A DNA stretch of 58,652 nt, the filler included, from Sphacelaria rigidula (taxonomy: Eukaryota): the NCBI GenBank assembly GCA_964200075.2. It is 10 parts of 10 records of this genome, joined end to end, with 100 filler letters (N's around TTAATTAATTAA, not from the genome) between each part and the next. Parts side by side here need not be neighbours in the genome. Positions count along the whole stretch, not along the records: positions 35,253 to 41,027 come from CAXNAA020024564.1; positions 41,128 to 46,902 come from CAXNAA020024565.1; positions 47,003 to 52,777 come from CAXNAA020024566.1; 7 more parts are not named here. The stretch is one strand, 5' to 3'. Below the pieces are notes generated by a model. That model searched no databases and was not told the DNA's origin. It was given only the letters and a program-made list of their open reading frames with translations. Within the stretch, counting starts at the first letter, position 1. Each line of letters opens with the position of its first letter. Of the stretch, positions 37,269 through 48,140 are shown piece by piece. The translations under genes and the position numbers were made by a program.

Positions 37269-38782
37269 ATCGGTCTCTCGACCCCCTTATTGGGGGCGCC
37301 CTGCCCGCGCACTCCACTCATCAGTAAACAGTCCACCCGCAAGAGATGTGACTGTACGTAAGGCCAGACTATCCTGCACAACGGGACGTCGATAATCATA
37401 AATAAAAGGAACACCGAGTACTGCACGCAAAGCTGCGTACACCTTCCCCTGCACCCGCTGTCGTCGAGAAAATCAACCTCGATAAAACAGAGAAAAACAC
37501 GAAAACATAACAACACACATATTCCACGCACGGGTTTTCTCATTACAAACGTGGACCTCTGCGGGAGTTCTACGATACAAGGGTACACGAAAAAATTCAA
37601 GTAGATAAAAACAGCCCAAAAACATGTAAAAAGCCATCCAAGACCACCCACAGTCTCCCACTCAAAAACCCCACCCCGTGTCTTCATTTTTCTAAGTTGT
37701 ATTACTCCACACCAACCACCCTTCGGGGAAAATACACCAACACTGGCGGAAAAAAAAAAACCCGACCAAGCGCTCGTTCTATATTCCAGCTCTCTCTCCA
37801 CCATGCAGCAATCCACTTGCCCGAGAATAAAACATGCGGGCAACACCGCACGCCACAATTATCAATCAAATTTCCCAAAACATGAAGCAGTGAGGAGGAG
37901 GGGAAGAAAAAAAAAAAAACACGTAAGGATCCCACCAACAAACGCAGTCACGGCTACAAGCCACGACTCAAAACACTTCTCTTTTACCAACTGTATCTCC
38001 AGTGCCGCACCCTTGACTCGCTCGACGTAAACGAGACAAAAAAAGAAGCTATAATTAAACCACACGGTAGTTTCATCGAGTGGAGAATCATCACACAGGA
38101 CAACGAGGTGCATGCACGACAAACCCGCTCGCTGAATAAATTCCGCTTCCCCTCCCTTGACTCACTGACACACCTTGGAAGCCGTTGTCACCACCGTCAA
38201 CATCGGGATGGAAGAGCAATGTACTGTAACTCAAAAGTTCCTCCGACCTGCCCACCACCCTCCTCCGTTTGAAACAAGCACAAATGACGTCAGACACGTC
38301 TCTGGCAGCCTCGCGTTCACGCTCATCCAACCAGACATTGTGGACATCAAGCGAGAAACGGGCCAAACACAAACACACAACACACAACACGAGGAAGGAC
38401 AGTTTGGCTCCAATCCTCACGCCGTGCAAAACTTAGAGAAAATCCCACAGGATACATGATCAATAGTGCTGCTGCCGTCGGGACATGACGCTGCTCGTTT
38501 TCCTGAGCTCCTTTTCTGACGGGGAAAAGACACGCGGCAATCTACTCCCCGCGCCAACAGATATAGTGTCGCCATCCCCAAGGCCCAACAACGTCAAACC
38601 CACTCAACTCAACTCAACTCCGCTACAACCTCACGGCAACATAAAACGAGAACAAATATCCAAAAACCGAATCGCTGCCCCGTGCTCGACCTCGATTCAC
38701 GGGTGGGTAGGTAGGCGGAAGTTCGGTACTCGAGGATATCGAAGAGGGGCAAAATGGAATGGGGCGGGATCGCGAAACTACA

Positions 38783-38974
38783 CTACGTGAGCGCCAGCAC
38801 CGCGTTGACGACGTCGCCGTCGTTTTGCTTCAACGCAACAATCGCTTCGTCCGGACTGCAGCCCGCGTGCGACACGATGGTCAAGACATCGGTCGGGTCT
38901 AACCCGGCCCGCACCGATTTCGCCTCCACCGCCGCCGGATCGGGTCTTTGAGACAACTTCGCGCGGTTCGTCGC
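38783..38974 (-). CDS. NAC-alpha-like protein, last exon (UBA-like domain)
   Basis: LDPTDVLTIVSHAGCSPDEAIVALKQNDGDVVNAVLALT* has the NAC-alpha/HYPK UBA pattern; CAG acceptor at 38975-38977; phase 0. Confidence 0.85.
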   Translation of the reverse strand, partial: ATNRAKLSQRPDPAAVEAKSVRAGLDPTDVLTIVSHAGCSPDEAIVALKQNDGDVVNAVLALT

Positions 38975-40537
38975 CTGTGTGTGCGTGTTTATACGTGCGT
39001 GTAAATATGTGCAAAAAAGAGAAGAAAAAACAAACAAACGATATAGACAAACAAACAAAAAACGGTACGGTGTGCACGGGATGCAGGGATGCGGGATATT
39101 TATACGGCGACAACAACAACAACAACCAAAGTTTGTCAGGCGAAGACAAAGAAATACAAGGAACGGCAAAAAAAGGGCACCTGTTTACACGGTGTATATA
39201 TGCAGAAGACTACGGAAACACGGTTGATTAAAATATATTACTGTACACGCGGTGGTGTTGTGGAGACAAAAAACATAAGGTTTTTGACAGTCCACTTACG
39301 CAGGTTGCCGTCGTCCGTTTGTCGGGAACACAGAAACACGATTTACGTGCTACACACATGGAAAACCCTGAGTGTACATGCTGGTCCCAGCCCAGCCAGA
39401 AGCGCAGAATTCCCTTGCCATTACTTTTCTCGCCATGCACAAGGGAAAGGTGTAAACCAATTCACGCAAGGATTCACTCAACGCTGGCAACACGTCGAAC
39501 AAGATGCCGTGGCCCGAAATGGACCATGACCCAATCTTTCTTTTTATAATACTCGTGTTTCGCCATCACGTGACGGTAAAAAAAATGTACGGACCGTGTC
39601 TATGCTATGCGCAGTACATATATATATATATGTACTTGGTGTACCAAAACAGGAGACGTCATGATTGACCACTCTTTCTCAAGCACGTATAGATGGAAAG
39701 CACTCGAAAGTACGTGAAAAATCGAGATCAACACCTGGGTCATCATCCTCAGTTCCGAGTCATACGATCCCTCATGGACATTCCCCGTTATGACACTTGT
39801 GCGATAGTATAAGGGAATATAAATAAAAAACGTACAAAAGAGTACACAAAAAAACAGCAGACACTCACCCCAACATTATATCCCAAAATGACATGTTAGA
39901 AGGTGATGCTGAACAGTTGTTCACCCCACGGATACCTACTGAAAACACTTCGTGTGAGACTCGTTGGGTCATATATCACAACACTGAGCAGTGGTGGGTT
40001 CATTGGGTCAAGATATATTTTCTTCTTGAATTGTGTGTTCCATATGTACACATACACACACAACAGACACACACGGGAAAAATGGCACACGCGGTGCGAT
40101 ATGCACACTGCGGCATACGGCACACGATACACACGGCGGTGGGCAAACACCCGACACCAAATCGCATACATACAAGGACACGACCGTCCAAACCCGGACC
40201 TAAATACGTGAATAGACGGATAGGCCAAAAAACAAGACACTAGAACACACACGGAGACAGACAAACACATACACACAGTTTGCCCTTTCCAGATCGAGGC
40301 ACCGACAAGAGGTGACAATGTGTTCGCCACCCACACACATGATGAAAAAACGTATCTACAAATCCACCTCTCAAAAATGCACGGCACACGCGAACGATAG
40401 TGAATGTAAGAGACAAACAACCACCACCTGGGTGTGAATCAGCCCTCCACTACTGCTCCGAGCAACCCCCCCACGAAGCCCCCACCGACAAAAAACAACG
40501 CGAGCAAACCAACGAGCACTGCAGTGCTGTAGCGGAC

Positions 40538-40816
40538 CTGTTGAGGGGTGAGCGACGTCTGGTGCAGCGGCGGCCCGGCCCCCGTGATTGCTGCCGCTGC
40601 GTCCGCCGCAGCAGCTTCCGACGACGTCCTACTTCGCTCGTCGGCTGCGCTACTACTAAAGGTAGGACTTCGGGATGCCCTTCGGTGGTGACGATGCACC
40701 GAATCTCTACCGCGCCCGCGGTAATGGTTGTGGTGGCTGTAGTTGCTGTGGCCCGCTCCCATGCCAGAGGAAGGGCTCATCTCCGTCTCCGCCGTCCCGA
40801 ATACGACATACGTGTT
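40538..40816 (-). CDS. NAC-alpha-like protein, upstream exon (end of the NAC domain plus low-complexity linker)
   Basis: Begins NTYVVFGTAE, like the NAC-alpha motif DTY(I/V)(I/V)FGEAK; AAG acceptor and CAG|GT donor; 279 bp; splices in frame to 38974. Confidence 0.75.
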
Positions 40817-40960
40817 CTTTTGTTTATGTGTATTTCCCCCGCATTTTTTTCCAAATAAAACGACAATATGATGGAGAGTCAATCGACGTCACCCAAACAG
40901 TACAACAAGCAAGCGACAAGACATGGGAGGGGGGAGGTGGAAGGGGGGGGGGGGATGGAG

Positions 40961-40999
40961 GTACTCATTTGTTGCTTGTCTTGAGTCATTTGGCCAATG
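40961..40999 (-). mobile_element. Short family A copy between G tracts
   Basis: gtactcatttgttgcttgtcttgagtcatttggccaatg with G-rich runs on both sides. Confidence 0.75.
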
Positions 41000-41027
41000 C
41001 GGGGGGGAAGGTAGGGGGGGAGGGGGG

Positions 41028-41127
41028 NNNNNNNNNNNNNNNNNNNNNNNNNNNNNNNNNNNNNNNNNNNNTTAATTAATTAANNNNNNNNNNNNNNNNN
41101 NNNNNNNNNNNNNNNNNNNNNNNNNNN
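41028..41127. other. Artificial contig spacer
   Basis: Same 100-bp spacer. Confidence 0.97.
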
Positions 41128-41699
41128 TGACACATTCGAAAACACGTAACTTTGGGTCATTTAACGCTGCGTAAGATTTGATTTTTTGGGCATTCGTAGT
41201 GGAACACATGAGACTCCCGTGTCGATCAGATTTCCACCATGAGGGCTCTTGAAATTGTGGCAAAAAGTTGAGAAAAAAAAGGATCGCGAACGTCTATTCC
41301 ATCCCCTATCTCGAATAAAACGACCATTTTGATTTCTCCCATTATGAAAGCTTATGGCAAAATATTGGAAAACGCCCGCGAGACAAAAACTCGCTATTTT
41401 CATTCATTCACCGCCCAGGTCTTGATGGCGCGAACCACTGAAGCAACGAACGCATGGGGAACGGAAAGTCAAGGTACAAACGACGGTGCTTTGGCACGTT
41501 CCTCTCTTCAAAACACGTTGTCCTTTGTGGCCGAATTATTCACCAAGTGGAACCAAACGTGCATACACAATGATCACTAGTTACTTGACAACCCCGACTG
41601 TTCACGACGAGAAGCCATGAAAATTCAAAAACTGGGCGGGGAAGAAACTTGGCGAATGACGTGTTTCCGTTCACCTGCCCCCGAATGGAACCCCAAGCC

Positions 41700-41970
41700 G
41701 AAAATGAAATAAAAATGTTTGGTACATTAGATTATGGCGAAAAAACGATCGCTATGCTGGGAGAGAGACGGTGGTCACAAACGGCGAAACAGGAACAAGA
41801 CACAATATGTAAAGGGTTCATTTTTTAATACACGAGGAAAGCAATGAGCGACGAAGTGTCGGAGTTGTCTCTACTAGGAGTAGGAACGGTGCCCCGTCTC
41901 GGGGATGCGTGGTCAATGTTCAAATGACCAAGGCAAGCAATGAATGAGTGCGCTCCCCTCCCCCCCCCCC
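41700..41970 (+). mobile_element. Long intronic family A copy
   Basis: Encodes MFGTLDYGEKTIAMLGERRW, which aligns with ALDNNSEKTMASLGD of the 35856 copy; ends in aatgagtgcg plus a C tract. Confidence 0.75.
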
Positions 41971-41993
41971 TCAAAGGGAACCTCGAGCCAAAC

Positions 41994-42271
41994 CTGATGA
42001 ACGTATTGTAGTGCACGGACACGAAAAGCGCAGTGATAAACTGGCAGTCCATCCTGTCCGTCACCCCGCCGTGGCCCGGTATTATGGAATCGAAGTCCTT
42101 GATGCCGTAAGCCCTTTTGATGGCGCTAGCCCAGAACCCTCCGAACGGCGCTATTACCGATGTAAATGCGGCCATCGCTAGCGCATGCAGCTGTATCGGT
42201 GCCACGGTGAATGTTGCCGCTGGGGGCCGGACGAACAGGAACACTTCCATGAACGACCGTATACTCTCGGG
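41994..42271 (-). CDS. CDS1: Phosphatidate cytidylyltransferase (CDP-diacylglycerol synthase), exon with the catalytic signature
   Basis: APFGGFWASAIKRAYGIKDFDSIIPGHGGVTDRMDCQ is the CTP_transf_1 signature; TAG acceptor and AG|GT donor. Confidence 0.95.
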
Positions 42272-42887
42272 CTATATATATCGTGGAGGATGACGTGGCG
42301 TAGTAGGGGCAAATTCAGGGGACAGATGCGGGGGAATAGGAAAGAGAAGTGATGGTGTCAAGTGATGGCCGTCAGGTCGTGGCAGGGGATAACATGATCA
42401 GCGACAACTACGGAGAGAGAGGTGAGGTGACCTACCAACGACCATTCCGTTACTGGTCATTCGAATTTGACCCTGACATGTCGGCAACGCCAAAGCACTC
42501 AGTCCGCACAAAAAGGGGTTTTCGGTGTGTGCGCTCTTTGCATATATGTCCACGTGTGTTGCACTGTATTCGGCAAGTAAAAAGAAACACCTATCCAATA
42601 CCCACGTCTGACACACATGATACATCCGCCGTGCAGCCACCAAGAATGAGGCATGTCTTCGCCCCAACAATTCCATTTAGTAAGTATATTCAGTATATAT
42701 ATATACATATGTACACCTCATCTCGCGCTCCAGTGGTCCAACTGTTGGATCTGGAAACGATGAGGCTGGAGAAAATGATGGCTCGGATCCCGCCAGATGC
42801 TTCATTTTTTATTTTCATATTTTTCTAAAGTATCTGATTATTGATGTCGTTGGAAACGCGACGACGGCAGTGCCAAAGAGAGTTTAA

Positions 42888-43030
42888 CGAGTCGACGGGC
42901 GCGCGCAAGTGCTGGTCATGATCTAATCAGCGATACAAAAATGTAAGGAAGCGTGTCCCGGGGGGGAAGTGAGTTGATCACTTGACACGACGAAGTCGTC
43001 CGGGAGACGGGGGGGGCTTGAAAGGAAGTG
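42888..43030 (+). mobile_element. Diverged intronic SINE family F fragment
   Basis: gagtcgacg...agtgctggtcatgatctaatc...gttgatcacttgaca resembles the family F body. Confidence 0.45.
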
Positions 43031-43475
43031 CGCCTGCCAAGAGACGAGAAAAAAGACATCGAACCTCTCAAAGAGTATGCATCCATCCGCACATTGCAAC
43101 CGTTTGTTCGACAAAAAAAAGATAGGTCCAAGGTTTCCACGTACGATACCTGGTACACTTTGGGAGTATTTTTTTCGCCCAACATCATCCAGACCACCAC
43201 TACCGTTACGCGCTACATAGAGTGAGCCGTGCACTCATAAAACCAATATGGGGAAGGAAAAAGAATTGAAAAAAACGACAAAGCATGGATACTCAGGCAA
43301 GTGTGCTGTAGATTGCCCGGCGAACAGACCCATTGATGATAGGGGTGGGGTGTCCAACAAGAGATAAGAAAAACAGCGGACGGGGGGGGGGGGGGGCAGG
43401 GGACAAAAATGGAAAAACCAACTGCCACGGCGAAGCCCCCTCCTTCTTCCTTTTCCTCCCCCACCTTCTCCTCAC

Positions 43476-43649
43476 CATGGCAAACTCCGTCTCCGTGAAA
43501 ATCATGTTGGGTTTGCAGTGCATTGTCCGCGGCCAGAAAAACAGATCCTCCACCGGGCACGTGAACCACTCGTACTTCCCGAGGAATGCCGAAAAGTAAA
43601 ACGCGAAAATGCACGTCAAGAAAAACGCGCCGATGAACCCTTCCCACGT
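43476..43649 (-). CDS. CDS1: Phosphatidate cytidylyltransferase exon (TWEGFIGA...FTCP...ETEFAM)
   Basis: Completes the conserved SPNK|TWEG motif; 174 bp, phase 0/0; ATG|GTGAG donor. Confidence 0.92.
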
Positions 43650-43722
43650 CTTCATCAAGAGCACGCCATGTTCGCGGCCCGAGGCGGGAGAGAGGCGAGG
43701 GCGGCAGAGGAGGGGGGGGGGG

Positions 43723-43787
43723 GTACTCATTTGTTGCTTGCCTTAGACGTGTGATCATTGACCACGCATCCCTTTCGAGACGGAGCA
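43723..43787 (-). mobile_element. Intronic family A copy in a G tract
   Basis: Flanked by gcagaggaggggg and gcagggggaggggg (imperfect TSD). Confidence 0.85.
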
Positions 43788-44464
43788 GGGGGAGGGGGTT
43801 GGTCCAACGATAGATCATATACGTACACGAATGAGCCGATTTGGGGTTACCGCAATTCCGATCCCTTTGATAACATCCGCGATGAGAGGTCATTTCCCAA
43901 AACCAACAGTCTGCCAGCTGTCTGATCCCCAACGACGGACTCATTCCCTCAAGACCAGAGGCCTTTGTGTGTATGCTTTCACGATATCCACAGCACCAAA
44001 CTCTAGTGCTAGAAAACCGGGGACAGCGCCCACGGTAGCCATTTGTTCCACGTGAAGATTGGTGTTCTCATTTGGTATCAACGGTAAGGCACACAAAAAA
44101 AAAAGAAGACCAACACGGGTCGTCATCATCATGTCCACAACTAAATCGCAGAGGGACAAAAAAAAAGCGAAGTTTTTGTCGAGATCAAACTGCTACTAAA
44201 TACCAGACGAGGGAACAAATGGGGACAAACACACACGCGACCTGAAAAACAGAATGAGACGAAAAAGAAAAGAAGGGCAATATTTCTCCTATCTCAACAC
44301 AAACAGTAGTATATGACGTGCCCCGTGTCTGCAAAAACCCATGCAAAAAAAAAAATGTCCTCGATAATACCGCAACGTATCGTATCTCTTCATATCTCTC
44401 ATTAACATTACACACGACGTTATGTACATACTATTTCTCCCTCTCGAATTTTCGGATACTGTAC

Positions 44465-44525
44465 CTTATTTGGAGAGATCTTGAGGAACGGTTTCTTGAT
44501 GAGCTTCCGCCCCGCCGTTATGCCA
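44465..44525 (-). CDS. CDS1: Phosphatidate cytidylyltransferase exon (GITAGRKLIKKPFLKISPNK)
   Basis: 61 bp; CAG acceptor and AAG|GTAC donor; phases match both neighbours. Confidence 0.9.
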
Positions 44526-45099
44526 CTGCTCGAAGGAAGATGGCGCCGGCGCGTGCGCAAGAATCGGTTGTTCGTAGAAATGGGGGAGTGGGTCATCATC
44601 CGGAGTCGAGTTCGTGATCTTTCCATAGATCGCATACCGTAAAGTCACAGGCAGGACAACGCTGAGTACTACGGCAATAAACACAGCGGGGTCCTGCTCG
44701 GGAGCGATCTTTCCCTTTCTCAACGGACGCCCACTTGGGAGCGGTCGACATCGTCGCGCACAACTCCGACCTGCAAAAAGCCGCGCTTACGAGTAACTGC
44801 TCTTCATTGGGTTGCCGTGGTGGAGTCTCGTTTCAAGTTGTCATCAGTTCGGTGATACACACTACACCGCACTCAATGTCGGGGGCTTCCGCTCAATTTG
44901 TTACTGATGGTTCATTCGACAAGTCTGAAAAATTGTGTGAATTACTCAGGAAAAAACAGTCGCGGTTGTGCAGCTCATCGAGGCTCTAGCGGTAGTAGAG
45001 CTCCGTCTGCTCTTCCCTCACGCGTATCATGGGTTTTGCGGGCGTATGCATATGTGAGTGTGTGTGTTCGTTGGTCCTATTCTCTGTCCCTCTTCTCAC

Positions 45100-45245
45100 C
45101 AGAAGTATGCGGCGATGTCGTTGCAGATGACCAGACTCGCGGGGAAGAAGAACCAAAATATCCCGTTGAAAATGTTGTGGGCAACGAACTTGAGCTGCGC
45201 CACTATCATGCAAATCGTAACGATTGTCCAGGTCAGCTGACCAAC
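45100..45245 (-). CDS. CDS1: Phosphatidate cytidylyltransferase exon (VGQLTWT...NIFNGIFWFFFPASLVICNDIAAYF)
   Basis: Conserved ND..AY..G motif; 146 bp; CAG acceptor and TG|GTGAG donor; missed by the ORF track. Confidence 0.92.
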
Positions 45246-45440
45246 CTGCCGAGACAGAAACACAAGACAACCGTACGCGGAAAACGCAGCACCAACGCGA
45301 AATCAAATGACAGGTGAGGCGAGGGGGGCCAGCGAACGGTAGCAGATTACAGACTTTGCCTGTTATGGGCCTCAACCTAGCCTGTGTTCGCGGAGCTGAG
45401 ATCAAGATTTCATGATTTTTTACGGCATTTTCCCCACTAC

Positions 45441-45775
45441 TACACTTTTCACGATAGCCCCCCCCCCCCCGTAAAAAAAAAGTGCCTGGTTTGGGGACGC
45501 AAAATCATCCCGTGAATCGGAATCGAAAGAGTCGAGCACAACGAACAGCTAGGAATTCGCACGCTGGGGTTCGTTCTCGCCAATGTCGCCCATATGACGC
45601 GTTTCATGCAGCCCGAACCCAAACATCAGGCGCTGTATGACCATTTTTTTCGTGACACTTCTGGGCTGTTTTTTTTTTTTTGGGGGGGGGGCGTACTCAT
45701 TTGTTGCTTGCCTTAGCCATTTGACCATTGACCACGCATCCCTCTCGAGACGGGGGGGCTATCGTGGAAAGTGTA
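45441..45775 (-). mobile_element. MITE family B (TA-flanked, Tc1/mariner-like) with a nested family A insertion
   Basis: TA-cacttttcacgatagccccc...gggggctatcgtggaaagtg-TA; interior is the reverse complement of 32904-33189. Confidence 0.85.
45692..45751 (-). mobile_element. Family A copy nested in the G tract at the other end of MITE B
   Basis: G10-cgtactcatttgttgcttgcc...cgagac-G7. Confidence 0.85.
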
Positions 45776-46299
45776 TTTTGTGTTCCTCGATCTTCAAGAA
45801 TGGGACGTACGTGCCAGGACGTGCAACGATAGAGCAGGAGGCGTCTGGCCTTCTCGAAACCGTAGCAGCAGACAGGTGCGGGACGGCGCAGACTGCAGCA
45901 GCTTCGTCGCCAACGTGGTACGTCACTCGCGGGAAGTTTGAGGACAACGAATGGAACGAGGGAACTCATATCCCTCTGGCGATGGCAAAAAAAACTGACC
46001 TGTGCTGCACAGAGTGACATATTGCACTGCACTGTCTGTACTTGAAATATAATAGGATATTTCACTGGTCTTCCTCGGGTGTACGACGTACTGAGCAGCA
46101 CACCACCCCTTCAGCAAATGAACCTCAAGGTACAAATCATCAAAACAAATCAATCCGTACACCCCTTGCCGATCTGTTTTACAACCGTCTTTTCTGTATA
46201 GAAATGTGCTTTTGCAAAGGTGGGATTTGTGCCAGCAAAAAAACTGGTATTCCAACACCCTAACCTTTTCTCATCCCATCATACTTTCGTTTCGATATC

Positions 46300-46810
46300 T
46301 CCTAGTACTCGGGAGGAGTCCGTGGTCTCTGGATGGGAGCAAAAAACTCATATCTTGCCCCGTAAATGCCTGACGGTTTGGGTTACATTGTGGGTTGGAT
46401 CAGCACTCCAGCTCCTCTTTACTCTCTGTTGGTCAAAATCGTCGAAACGGTTCAAGGTCGTGTTCGTATTCTGTAGATACGCCGATTGAAGTTTGGGTAT
46501 TCACAAAAAGTGTAAATGAGGAATTTTATCGGTGAAATATCCTCTCGAACCATACCGGAATATTCGGTACACGTTTCCGTATGGTTTAGTATGCCAACCA
46601 AAAATCTCTCACTTCCGGGTATACCCTATATTGTAGGCCGCAACCTTGAGAAAATTTCTTCTGCAACTCACGTGCCCAACGACTGGAAAAAACATATTTC
46701 ACTGCACAAAAAAAGACCGCACGACATCTGTCGGAATTCGAATCCGAAACCCTCCGCCAAGCTGGTGCTTCTACTGCTGCTCCCGTTACACCACCCGGGT
46801 GCGGTGGCAA
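46300..46810 (-). mobile_element. Diverged tRNA-derived SINE related to family F
   Basis: Minus-strand head TGGTGTAACGG...GATTCGAATTC; body motifs ggagtgctgatccaa and gagaccacgg. Confidence 0.5.
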
Positions 46811-46902
46811 TTTCGTGCAGTCACATTTTCCCCTTTTTTTTTTTCTCTACTTCTTCTCCCTTGTTCCTCCCTCCCCTCTCTTTTCTTCTGCTTATTTTCC
46901 CT

Positions 46903-47002
46903 NNNNNNNNNNNNNNNNNNNNNNNNNNNNNNNNNNNNNNNNNNNNTTAATTAATTAANNNNNNNNNNNNNNNNNNNNNNNNNNNNNNNNNNNNNNNNNN
47001 NN
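46903..47002. other. Artificial contig spacer
   Basis: Same 100-bp spacer. Confidence 0.97.
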
Positions 47003-47643
47003 AGTACTTTAGTCTGTACTGCCGCGTACGTGATATGGTAGTATAGATTGAAGATGGCAGGTTGCACACAGTGCGAGCTGGGCCAGCAGCGATCGGGGGA
47101 GGTCTACGTTTCAGGTCTTTTTACATCAACAGGGAGCTTGGCATTGCAAAGTCTTGAGGTCGTTGTACCTCGCCTTGGCCTGCACATCCCTTCGGTTTCC
47201 GCTGACCGTTTTCTTTTGTTATCCCCCCACCCTTTTGGTACCCACCCCCCTCAAAAATATATCTGCAACCGTAAGCTAGGGTCAACATCTCTCATAGTAT
47301 TTTCCCAGCGGTATTTTTTCCTCATAATATGTTGCGAAATACGAGGGAAAATAACCAACCGGAAGAAACGGCCTTAGGGGCATTTTACTGATACCTAGGA
47401 ACTGATTATTCCCCCCAACTTATAAAAAAATAGATAAAACCTCCTGGTGCTTCTGTAATATTCGTTTATACCATATGCATTGTCCATACCAAATTTTACA
47501 CTCCAACTCTTTATATTGGTCGGCGCATTCGCCTTTTCAAAGCGGAGTCGATAGAAATTCGCAACAGTATTTTGCAGGCCACTCACTGGCCCACGTTTGG
47601 TTTTTGTGTATTGAAATTTTGTGTGGGCCCTCGCTAGGGCATA

Positions 47644-48140
47644 AGGCCGGATGTTATAGCAAACAGATTTCTGGCCCACGGATTGTTCACTTTTGGGACG
47701 TTTGAGCCACCTTTTGTCCCCCAAACAGGAAAAACCGCCAACACACGTCTTGGACACTTTGCATCACCACGCAGAGAGGAGCCTAGTCTGCTTTCCAGAT
47801 TCGCTTGGCTCCGAGGTTTTGAGATTGGCCGCTGAACAAAAATTCGTGCGCGAAAATCTGTGCTTGCCGATCCACAGATCATCTGGCAAAATTATTGGGC
47901 AAACTGGCGGGGATCGGCAAGCACAGATTTTCGCGCACGAACTTTTGTTCAGCGGCCAATCTCAAAACCTCGGAGCCAAGCGAATCTGGAAAGCAGACTA
48001 GGCTCCTCTCTGTGTGGTGATGCAAAGTGTCCGAGACGTGTGTTGGCGGTTTTTCCTGTTTGGGGGACAAAAGGTAGCTCAAACGTCCCAAAAGTTAACA
48101 ATCCGTGGGCCAAAAATCTGTTTGCTATAACATCCGGCCT
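47644..48140. repeat. Near-perfect long inverted repeat: 230-bp arms, 37-bp loop
   Basis: Arms 47644-47873 and 47911-48140; about 6 mismatches by manual comparison. Confidence 0.95.
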
